Assembly: GCA_012966015.1 (NCBI GenBank)
Contig: DTRI01000094.1
Coordinates: forward strand, 1 to 38,151
Source of the DNA: Flavobacteriales bacterium
GTDB taxonomy: Bacteria; Bacteroidota; Bacteroidia; NORP154
Length of the DNA: 38,151 bases
Reading direction: 5' to 3'
The notes under the pieces are model-generated. The model was not told the origin of the DNA. It was given only the letters and a program-made list of their open reading frames with translations, and did no database searches. Positions 27,850 through 35,918 of this stretch are shown in pieces (positions within the stretch are counted from its first letter, which is position 1; each line of letters begins with the position of its first letter). Both the position numbers and the translations under genes were made by a program.

Positions 27850-28041
27850 CTACTGCTTATTTACGTTAACTGCGACGGGTCCTCGAGGAGTATCTTCGAT
27901 GTCAAAGCTGACCTTATCTCCTTCCCAAAGGGTTGTGTTTGTACCAGACTTGTGAACAAATAGATCCTTTTCCCCTTCATCAGGTGTTATAAATCCAAAT
28001 CCTTTTTGCTCATTAAAAAACTTAACTGTTCCAGTTGCCAT
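27850..28041 (-). CDS. Cold-shock protein (CspA family)
   Basis: [15 protein letters not shown] (RNP1) and DLFVH (RNP2), 63 aa. Confidence 0.96.
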   Translation of the reverse strand: MATGTVKFFNEQKGFGFITPDEGEKDLFVHKSGTNTTLWEGDKVSFDIEDTPRGPVAVNVNKQ

Positions 28042-28302
28042 TATAAATGTATTTATTGAATTGTAATGTATTGTATTAAATTATGTCGCGAAAATACAAG
28101 TTTTGTTAATATCCACAACAAATTACAGACATATTTGAAATTCCTATCTGGGGAGAAAAACAAAACCTATTCAATTTTATTAAGATATTGTTGATAAGTT
28201 GTATTCTTCGCAACAATTACAATGCTCACCTGACCATTGATAATTAACTGAACAGAGGGCATATTTAATTATTATTACGACCTTGGTCAATCAATTTTAG
28301 AT

Positions 28303-28704
28303 ATGTCTGAACAACCCAAATCTGAACAACCCAAAGGAGAGCTTACAATCCAAGTGCTTGCCATGCCAGCGGACACCAATCCATCTGGTGATGTTTTTGG
28401 CGGCTGGTTACTCTCACAAATGGATATTGCGGGAGGTGTTTACTGCAGAAAGATAGCCAAAGGCCGAGTTGTAACGGTGGCACTGGACTCTACCACTTTC
28501 AATTTACCTGTTTTTGTTGGTGATACGCTTTGCTGTTACGTGGAATTGGTAAAAAGGGGCCATACTTCTATCACAGTTAAAATTGAAGCATGGGTAACCC
28601 GGGAATACGATATTGAAAAGAGCATTAAGGTAACGGAAGGCGTTTACACCTATGTTAAAGTAGATCAAGAGCGTCATCCAATACCATTACCTGGCAATGA
28701 ATAA
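28303..28704 (+). CDS. Hotdog-fold acyl-CoA thioesterase (YciA-like)
   Basis: AMPADTNPSGDVFGGWLLSQMDIAG, GRVVTVA, PVFVGD, GHTSI. Confidence 0.92.
   Translation: MSEQPKSEQPKGELTIQVLAMPADTNPSGDVFGGWLLSQMDIAGGVYCRKIAKGRVVTVALDSTTFNLPVFVGDTLCCYVELVKRGHTSITVKIEAWVTREYDIEKSIKVTEGVYTYVKVDQERHPIPLPGNE
28306..28335 (+). repeat. Perfect 15-bp tandem duplication (tctgaacaacccaaa x2, SEQPK x2)
   Basis: Directly visible at the 5' end of the thioesterase. Confidence 0.95.
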
Positions 28705-29530
28705 GCTCCACTTCCAAATCGTGCATCTCAATAGACTTAGAATTCTCATTCTGGGAGTGGTAATTGTATTGTCATTAAATAAGAACGCACATTCACAAAC
28801 TCCTCCAGATTTTACGCTCTATGATACAGACAGCGTTTCGTGGAATCTATATTCTTTATTGGGAAGCGGGAAAACCGTCCTCCTGGATTTTTTCTATGCT
28901 TCATGTGTGCCCTGCCAAACATTTACACCTGAAATCGAACAACTATATCAGGATTATGGAGCTGGTACCGGAGATCTAATCGTTCTTGGCATTTCTGATC
29001 GTGACAACAACGCAGTACTGGGCTCATTTGCTGCCGATTACAACGTTACTTATCCAAGCGGGGGCACCAAAGGAAATGGAAATACAATTACTAGTTTGTA
29101 CATGGGCTGGTTCTCCTTCTCGGGTTGGCCACAATATGCGGTAGTCTGCACGGATACAAGCATCTTTTGGGGCGTAACACCCTCAATAGGGATGGCTGCG
29201 CTTCGGAACAAGATAGACACCTGCGATATTGTAACTTCCTCTCGTCAATTAGACCTAAACCACAACATATCTGAGCTAAAGGTATCGGTCTATCCTCAAC
29301 CTGCTGATCAGTCGCTAAGCGTACATATAGAAAATGCTTCCAGGGCCCATCTGAAAATCAAATTATTGAATCTGCTGGGTTCAGTGATTAAAGAATATGA
29401 TTTAAGAAACTATATGGGATCCTCAAGGCTCGTAATAAATACGGCTGAGCTCAATAGCGGCACATACTTAATGCAAGTTGAAGAATTGGGACATACTAGA
29501 CGTAACGTCAAGATTGTAGTTACACATTAG
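28697..29530 (+). CDS. Secreted TlpA/redoxin-type thioredoxin-fold protein (CVPC) with T9SS sorting domain
   Basis: Signal ending AHS-Q. PDFTLYD, GKTVLLDFFYASCVPC, cis-Pro-type GWPQY. VYPQPA...LNSGTYLMQV...KIVVTH CTD. Overlaps the thioesterase by 8 nt. Confidence 0.85.
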   Translation: MNKLHFQIVHLNRLRILILGVVIVLSLNKNAHSQTPPDFTLYDTDSVSWNLYSLLGSGKTVLLDFFYASCVPCQTFTPEIEQLYQDYGAGTGDLIVLGISDRDNNAVLGSFAADYNVTYPSGGTKGNGNTITSLYMGWFSFSGWPQYAVVCTDTSIFWGVTPSIGMAALRNKIDTCDIVTSSRQLDLNHNISELKVSVYPQPADQSLSVHIENASRAHLKIKLLNLLGSVIKEYDLRNYMGSSRLVINTAELNSGTYLMQVEELGHTRRNVKIVVTH

Positions 29531-29542
29531 CGGATAATCCAC

Positions 29543-29550
29543 TATCTTTG
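29543..29550 (+). promoter_or_regulatory. -7 promoter element (TATCTTTG)
   Basis: Exact TAnnTTTG match 25 nt upstream of the ATG at 29576. Confidence 0.55.
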
Positions 29551-29575
29551 AGACAGTAAAATAAAACATAAGCGC

Positions 29576-31048
29576 ATGAAATATCTTGTGATTTTAGTTA
29601 CACTTTTGTTGAGTAGTTCCTTGAAGGCACAAACACTGACCTGGTCAGCTGAATATCCAGTGACAGGCGGTAATAGTTTTAGCAATGTGAGGCCCAGAAT
29701 TGCTTTAACAACTGGAAACACCCCTATTATTATGTGGGGTGATGACGTGAACAGCGATGTTTATACCGCAAAGTGGACCGGATCGGGATTCACAGCCCCG
29801 CTGAAGATTCACTCGGATAGCATAGACGTCTTCACTTCAAATTGGGCCGGGCCAGAATTTGAGGCTTCCGGAGACACGGTATTTATAGGATTAAAAGTAT
29901 TACCAGAAGCGGATAACGGAGTTTATTCAGTACGGTCTACGGATGGTGGCTTGACATTTGACGACACTGTGCGAATTGAAAATATAGGAGATAGCCTGGC
30001 GCGATTTCCTACAGTAACCATTGCTAATGGCGGAAACCCAGTATTCGCTTACATGAAATTTGATTCTAACTGGATGGACGCTCAATACACTGTAGCACAA
30101 TCTATAGACGGTGGGGATACCTTCGAGCAAGATGTTGAAGCAGGTCTACTAGTAACTGGGGAAGCTTGCGATTGCTGCCCTGCAGCCATCAAAACTGATG
30201 GCCAGAGACAGGTGCTGATGTTCAGAAACAATGACAACAACCTGAGGGAAAACTGGCTGGTTTATTCTGATGATGGCGGAACCTCTTTTATCGCAAGCGC
30301 TGTAGCAGACACCACAAATTGGGAAGTATTCTCCTGCCCATCTTTTGGTCCGGATTTTATTATATCTGGTAATGCCATTCATTCTACCTGGTTAAGTCGT
30401 GGAACGGGAGGAGTCGAGCGTATTTATGTGGGCACATTTGATATCAATACCATGCAAATAACCTTTCAAGATACGATCAGCAGTGGTACACTACCTGTAA
30501 CGAATTTTGAACGGTATTCGAGAATGGCTGGTGAAGCAGACGTGGTTGGAGTAGTGTATCAGCATACTTCTTTTGGAAACACAGATATCATCCTCGCCAG
30601 TTCACAAACTGGCAGTGCCGGTTTGGTAGGTAATATTGATACTGTCAATATCTCGACAACGGGCAATCAGCAAAGTCCTGATATTGCCTATGCCGATGGA
30701 ACCTTTCACATAGTATGGCAGGACGAAACATCGGGAGATGTTATGTATAGAAACGTGACAGTACCGTATACAAACATAGAAAAACCCACTCAAACCACTG
30801 TGGAAGTTACCATTAGTCCCAATCCATTTAATGGATTTGCAATATTAAAAATTGAAGGAGGAAAGCTCAGTACCTATTCCCTGGATATCTATGATGTTTC
30901 AGGAAAGATAATAAGGAGCTACGCAAACCAACGATCAGATCAGTTGATAATAAATAGGGGTGAGCTAGTTGCTGGCACGTATTTTTATAAGGTCAGCAGT
31001 AGCAGTATGGAACATACTGCCAATGGCAAACTTGTTATCTCGGAATAA
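29576..31048 (+). CDS. Secreted BNR/Asp-box (sialidase-like) beta-propeller with CDCC motif and T9SS sorting domain
   Basis: Signal ending LKA-Q. Asp boxes RSTDGGLTF, QSIDGGDTF, YSDDGGTSF. ACDCCP and SCPSFGP. ISPNPF...IYDVSGK...AGTYFYKV...KLVISE CTD. Confidence 0.82.
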   Translation: MKYLVILVTLLLSSSLKAQTLTWSAEYPVTGGNSFSNVRPRIALTTGNTPIIMWGDDVNSDVYTAKWTGSGFTAPLKIHSDSIDVFTSNWAGPEFEASGDTVFIGLKVLPEADNGVYSVRSTDGGLTFDDTVRIENIGDSLARFPTVTIANGGNPVFAYMKFDSNWMDAQYTVAQSIDGGDTFEQDVEAGLLVTGEACDCCPAAIKTDGQRQVLMFRNNDNNLRENWLVYSDDGGTSFIASAVADTTNWEVFSCPSFGPDFIISGNAIHSTWLSRGTGGVERIYVGTFDINTMQITFQDTISSGTLPVTNFERYSRMAGEADVVGVVYQHTSFGNTDIILASSQTGSAGLVGNIDTVNISTTGNQQSPDIAYADGTFHIVWQDETSGDVMYRNVTVPYTNIEKPTQTTVEVTISPNPFNGFAILKIEGGKLSTYSLDIYDVSGKIIRSYANQRSDQLIINRGELVAGTYFYKVSSSSMEHTANGKLVISE

Positions 31049-31078
31049 CCACAATATTTAACCATTTAAAATTCTAAC

Positions 31079-31489
31079 ATGAAAAGATCATCTACTGCTG
31101 TCTGGGAAGGTAGCGGGAAAGAAGGCTCAGGTCATATTTCCTCTGATTCCAACATACTTAACGATACGCCATATTCCTTTTTATCGAGGTTTGAAGATGG
31201 TTCCGGAACCAATCCCGAAGAATTAATTGCTGCGGCTCACGCAGGTTGTTTTGCAATGAAGCTCAGTTTTATATTGGGAGCAGCGGGTTTCACAGCAGAT
31301 AAACTGGAAGCAAAATGTGAGGTAACATTAGACGATGGAGCAATTACATCCTCGCATATTAGCTTAAGTGCTTTTGTCCCTGGAATTGATGAAGACACGT
31401 TTGCCGCTTCAGTGAAGGATGCAGAGGAGAATTGTCCGATTTCCAAGGTGTTGAATACGAATATCACGGTCGATTATTCCTTGAACTAG
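31079..31489 (+). CDS. osmC: OsmC-family peroxiredoxin
   Basis: AVWEGSGKEGSG, YSFLSRFEDG.GTNPEELIAAAHAGCF, CPISK. Confidence 0.95.
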   Translation: MKRSSTAVWEGSGKEGSGHISSDSNILNDTPYSFLSRFEDGSGTNPEELIAAAHAGCFAMKLSFILGAAGFTADKLEAKCEVTLDDGAITSSHISLSAFVPGIDEDTFAASVKDAEENCPISKVLNTNITVDYSLN

Positions 31490-31597
31490 TAAGTAAGAAG
31501 TTTCAAAATCACGAAATTGAACTCTAAACACGTTGGCCACAACCAACCCAGCCATCTTGCGTCTAAATCACAAATATTTATGTCGCGATTCTGATAA

Positions 31598-32293
31598 ATG
31601 AAAAGAAAGAACAGGAAGAAGTTAATAGGCCTGGTGCTACTGACCGGCATGATCGCACTTGCTGGTTTTACTGGTTACGCGTTGCTGAACAACAGCAAAG
31701 TCATCTATTTTTTAGACAGAGTTCAGAGGCAGCTGGAAGCCTATATCGAAAAACCTTCTACTATTGGACTCAATTCATCGCAGCTGACAGAGCTGAACTA
31801 TGGCCAGGAGATTGATGAGATCGCCATAAAATACGGTTTGCCTGCCAACTTTTTAAAAGCGCTTGTTGTACTGGAGTGCTCTGGTAATAAGCCAGTAGAG
31901 TCCCGGTTTGAGAAGCACATATTCACCAAGCTAAAGAATGTAAGAGACAAAAAGGGAAGCTTCTACGAGCGGGTAACAAATGAAATACTACACGATGCCT
32001 CCGATGCAGCGATTGAGAATTTGGCCAGGTCCTGGGGGCCATTTCAGTTGATGGGATATAAGTGCCTGCAATTAAACGTGCTTGTAAATGATATTCGTGG
32101 AGAAGATGCTCTCGATTGGGGCGCCAAATGGATTCAAATGGAATACGGTCATTTACTCAAACAAAAACGATACAAAGACGCATTTCACTACCACAACTCC
32201 GGAAGGATATTCCCGGCCGACGGAATCCCCGCAACTCATGATCCGCAATACGTGGAAAAGGGGCTAAAATACATGAAGTATTTTAGCAATTAA
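31598..32293 (+). CDS. Membrane-anchored lysozyme-fold muramidase/lytic transglycosylase (DUF3380-like)
   Basis: Basic N-terminus plus TM helix. LKALVVLECSG (catalytic Glu), RFEKHIF, SWGPFQLMG, YHNSG...YV. Confidence 0.7.
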   Translation: MKRKNRKKLIGLVLLTGMIALAGFTGYALLNNSKVIYFLDRVQRQLEAYIEKPSTIGLNSSQLTELNYGQEIDEIAIKYGLPANFLKALVVLECSGNKPVESRFEKHIFTKLKNVRDKKGSFYERVTNEILHDASDAAIENLARSWGPFQLMGYKCLQLNVLVNDIRGEDALDWGAKWIQMEYGHLLKQKRYKDAFHYHNSGRIFPADGIPATHDPQYVEKGLKYMKYFSN

Positions 32294-32515
32294 GATTTTC
32301 ACTCTTTTTCATGCTGCAAAAGCTTCAGGCAGAAAAACTAATTTCTTACATAGATATTTTTAAGTAATTAATTACTCCCCTCGTTAACAGCACTTAAAAA
32401 GGTTCAAATACTCCCTCAATCTTACGCTTGCAATAAAGCTCGGATTGTTGGCTAGTATCCATTTCTATTTCTCGGTTCCTTTGAAAAATCAAAATAATAA
32501 ATAAAACCAAATGCG

Positions 32516-35431
32516 ATGAAAACAGTTACCCTAACAGACAAAAAAATAACCTGGCGAGCAATGTCGACAATTACGATCACTGTATTGATGATCTTTTCAA
32601 TTGGTATTTCAACAGTCTTTGCTCAAACTACCTATTACTCAAGAACCGATGGCGACTGGAGCAACCCTGATTCATGGTCAACCTCGAGCTGTGCTGGCTC
32701 AGCAGGAGCATCAACACCGACAGCAGCTGATAACGTAATTATTTGTGCTGGTATTGTCATCACCTTGTCACAAAATGTTGCAATAAATGACCTGACAATC
32801 AATAATACCGGTCAGTTAGATGTTACAACTGCAAATTTTAATATCGAGCTTAGTGGGGACTGGGTCAGCTATGGGGACACCATGTCACCGAGCTTCGATG
32901 CCAGATCAGCTACCGTAACATTGAACGGAACATCGCTTCAGCTAATGGAGGGCGAGACGGAATTTTACCACCTTATTATTGACAACAGCGCCGGAGTAAC
33001 AATAAATAGCGGAGTACAGGGTATTGGCGGTACACTAAGACTGACAGATGGACTTCTGAACACTAACGACTCTCTAACGCTAAGGTCGGATACTAACGGA
33101 ACTGCAAGGATTGCTGAAATAACAGGAGGCAGTATAGATGGAGATGTTATCACGGAACGTTACGTTATACAAGGAGACAATAACTGGAGGTTTTTCTCAA
33201 CGCCGGTTGCGGGTGCAACACTTGCAGAATGGCAAGATGACTTTGTCACTTCCGGATTCCCTGGTTCCGATTATCCAGCTTTTGGATTTTCATCAATTTA
33301 CACCTACGATGAGACTGCTTTGGGTCCTGGATCCAACGGTTATGAAGCACCAACAAACATCAGTGACCCAATCAATATCGGTGAAGGATACTGGGTGTAC
33401 CTCGGGCCGCTTCCACTCACATTTGAGGTAAAAGGGCCAGCCAACACTGGAAATTTTTCATTACCGGTATCCTATACATATGATGTGTCTCAACCCCCTG
33501 CTGAAAATGGATGGAATATGGTTGGCAACCCATACGCATCTTCAATAGATTGGGACTCTCCCTACTGGACTAAAACCAACATTGGATCTACAATTTATAT
33601 CTATAAAGATGACGGCTCTTATGCCACCTATCCAGCGGGAGGCCCTGGAACAAATGGGGGAACCAAAGACATTGCATCCTCACAAGGGTTTTGGGTACAA
33701 TCTACGGGATTCAATCCAATACTTACGGCCACAGAAGGTGTTAAGTCTTCTGCTGACGCTTCCTTCCTGAAAAACTCAGGGCCGGCAGCTCACTTAAAAT
33801 TAGACATCAGCAGTAACGGTTATACAGATGAGGCTATCATAAGATTCTATCCAGGGGCATTAGACGGCCTGGATAATCTAGATGGTTATAAATTAGCAAA
33901 TCCCAACCCACAAATACCCAACATATCTACGGTTGTGGATAATGAAAATCTTGTAATCAACAGCATGTCTGACTCAACTGATGAATTCAGCATCCCCATA
34001 AAGGCACTTTTTGAGGATACGGGTACTTACACTATACAAATCACAAAGTCAGGCCTTGTAATTCCTTCTAACTCCATGCTTGTTTTAGAAGATCTACTTA
34101 CCGGCATCATTACAGATCTTACCGTTGATAGTACATGTAAATTCACAGTTAGCAGCCTTTCTAATAGCCCTAGATTCATGCTTCATTTGCAAAAGGGTTT
34201 TACGCTATCCAGCGAAGATGTTAAGTGCAATGGTAAAAACAACGGTTCTGCAGTTGTAACTGTATTCGGCAATGGGCCCTGGGCTTATACCTGGACAAGA
34301 GCCAATGGAGATACAATTATGACAACAACCAACAACGCAAACACTGATAGCATTCAAGGACTGGCTCCAGGATCTTACGCTTTTTACGTAAGTGATTTGG
34401 GCGGATATTACACGGACCTTTACAGTGAGTTTAGCATTAATGAGCCCGCTTCTATTTCAGCTACAGCGCTCCTTTCCGATCCAAGCTGTTATGGAGGAAA
34501 TAATGGCAGCATTCAGATGAATGTATATGGTGGAGTTGGAGTTTATCAGTATTCCTGGTCAAATAGCTCAAGCGAAACCACCAGCGTTATTTCTAACCTG
34601 ACATTTGGCTTGTATCATGTTACCATTTCAGATCAAAATGCTTGTGAGATTATTCACACTTCTCAGGTTAACCAACCCGAAGTGCTGGCTATATTAAACC
34701 AAACAACCAATGTTAGCTGTTTTGGTGACGATGACGGACAGATAGATTTAACTGTTACAGGCGGCACAGCGCCCTATAACTACTCCTGGTCTAACGGCGA
34801 AGCCACTGAAGATGTAACAAATCTCTCTCCCGGTACTTTTGACATTATCATTACGGATAATAATGGATGTTCTGTTAACGGTGCCCTGGCAGTTACAGAA
34901 CCTGAGCAGGTAATTGCTAATTTCAACATCCTGAACAAAATGCTTCAGCTCTCTGATGGAGGAGTAGGTGAATTTGAGAACACGTCAACTGGTGCCACAT
35001 CCTATTTATGGGATTTCAGCGACGGTTCTTACTCAACCGACGAAAATCCAGTTCACGCGTTCACCGCAGCGGGATACTATCAGGTTTCACTAACAGCTTA
35101 TAACGGACCATGTGAAAGTCAAGCATACCAGATAATAGGAATTATCGACAACACCGTTGGTATTAGCGGCATGAATAATAACAATGGCCCCGTTTCTGTT
35201 TCCCAATCCGGGCGAGAGATTCTAATTCGCTTTAATTTTGAGAAGCCAGCGCATGTATCAGTTTCAATACACAATTTGCTGGGACAGGTGATTGTAAGCG
35301 ATGACCGGAGGACAATTACAGGCGAGGTACTAAGCTATACTCTTCAGGGAAAACACCCGGGAATATATTTAGTTAGTGTTGAGTACTTAAATCAGGTATC
35401 GGTTACCAAACTACTCGTTACTGGCAATTGA
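32516..35431 (+). CDS. Large secreted adhesin-like protein with SprB-type repeats, PKD domain and T9SS sorting domain
   Basis: Signal ending VFA-Q. GWNMVGNPYASSIDW. Three V/PxC.G..xG...T/V.GG..PY.Y.W-like repeats. FENTSTGATSYLWDFSDG (PKD). IHNLLGQ...PGIYLV...KLLV CTD. Alternative start at 32561. Confidence 0.85.
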   Translation: MKTVTLTDKKITWRAMSTITITVLMIFSIGISTVFAQTTYYSRTDGDWSNPDSWSTSSCAGSAGASTPTAADNVIICAGIVITLSQNVAINDLTINNTGQLDVTTANFNIELSGDWVSYGDTMSPSFDARSATVTLNGTSLQLMEGETEFYHLIIDNSAGVTINSGVQGIGGTLRLTDGLLNTNDSLTLRSDTNGTARIAEITGGSIDGDVITERYVIQGDNNWRFFSTPVAGATLAEWQDDFVTSGFPGSDYPAFGFSSIYTYDETALGPGSNGYEAPTNISDPINIGEGYWVYLGPLPLTFEVKGPANTGNFSLPVSYTYDVSQPPAENGWNMVGNPYASSIDWDSPYWTKTNIGSTIYIYKDDGSYATYPAGGPGTNGGTKDIASSQGFWVQSTGFNPILTATEGVKSSADASFLKNSGPAAHLKLDISSNGYTDEAIIRFYPGALDGLDNLDGYKLANPNPQIPNISTVVDNENLVINSMSDSTDEFSIPIKALFEDTGTYTIQITKSGLVIPSNSMLVLEDLLTGIITDLTVDSTCKFTVSSLSNSPRFMLHLQKGFTLSSEDVKCNGKNNGSAVVTVFGNGPWAYTWTRANGDTIMTTTNNANTDSIQGLAPGSYAFYVSDLGGYYTDLYSEFSINEPASISATALLSDPSCYGGNNGSIQMNVYGGVGVYQYSWSNSSSETTSVISNLTFGLYHVTISDQNACEIIHTSQVNQPEVLAILNQTTNVSCFGDDDGQIDLTVTGGTAPYNYSWSNGEATEDVTNLSPGTFDIIITDNNGCSVNGALAVTEPEQVIANFNILNKMLQLSDGGVGEFENTSTGATSYLWDFSDGSYSTDENPVHAFTAAGYYQVSLTAYNGPCESQAYQIIGIIDNTVGISGMNNNNGPVSVSQSGREILIRFNFEKPAHVSVSIHNLLGQVIVSDDRRTITGEVLSYTLQGKHPGIYLVSVEYLNQVSVTKLLVTGN

Positions 35432-35451
35432 CAATCCTCTTAAAAATACAC

Positions 35452-35535
35452 AAAAAACCCCTCGGCAATACATCCCATACATAGCGTAACGCAGGTTGTG
35501 CGCGGCTATGTGCGGGATGCACTGAAACGAGGGGT
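35452..35535 (-). terminator. Unusually long minus-strand hairpin ending in a U-tract
   Basis: ACCCCTCG/CGAGGGGT base stem, a 20-bp middle stem with three G-U pairs and one mismatch on the minus strand, CGCA/TGCG top stem, then a T run. Confidence 0.75.
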
Positions 35536-35561
35536 AATAGAATGTTGTGTTAAGGTGTTTG

Positions 35562-35708
35562 CTACGCCTTACCCAGAATTCTAAATACTTTTGTACCACA
35601 AGTTCCGCAAGTACCTTTTGCAGCCTTCATTCCGTTCTTCATAACGACTTCTTCTGCGTTTTGAATCTCCACTTGCTTTTTGCATTTCATGCATCGTCCT
35701 TCAGCCAT
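35562..35708 (-). CDS. 48-aa basic zinc-ribbon protein, DUF5679-like (MAEGRCMKCKKQVEIQNAEEVVMKNGMKAAKGTCGTCGTKVFRILGKA), absent from the ORF track
   Basis: Translated by hand: ATG at 35708, TAG at 35562-35564. Two CxxC pairs, MKNG turn, A-rich leader, own terminator. Confidence 0.85.
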   Translation of the reverse strand: MAEGRCMKCKKQVEIQNAEEVVMKNGMKAAKGTCGTCGTKVFRILGKA

Positions 35709-35918
35709 AATTTTATGTTTTAGTTATTAATTGATATTAAACACGGCAATAATAGCAATAGTTCTCTAATAGAATAATAAATTCAAAGGAAACTTATACA
35801 CTATGTAAGTTGATAAATAAATTGAAGCGAATGACAAACAAGCGTATTGCAAACACCAACAAAGGAAATAGCAGACGGTAAGCGGTATTTTCAAGAAGTT
35901 TGACGTCAGAAACCAGCA

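Noticed and set aside
28104-28197. DnaA-box-like 9-mers (ATATCCACA, TGTTGATAA) in an AT-rich gap, as a possible oriC
   Set aside because: Only mismatched boxes, few in number, with no origin-associated genes. The gap is explained by divergent promoters.
32363-32417. 14-bp palindrome agtaattaattact and two tactccc(c)tc repeats upstream of the adhesin
   Set aside because: Could be an operator, but low-complexity AT palindromes are expected by chance and no regulator is nearby.
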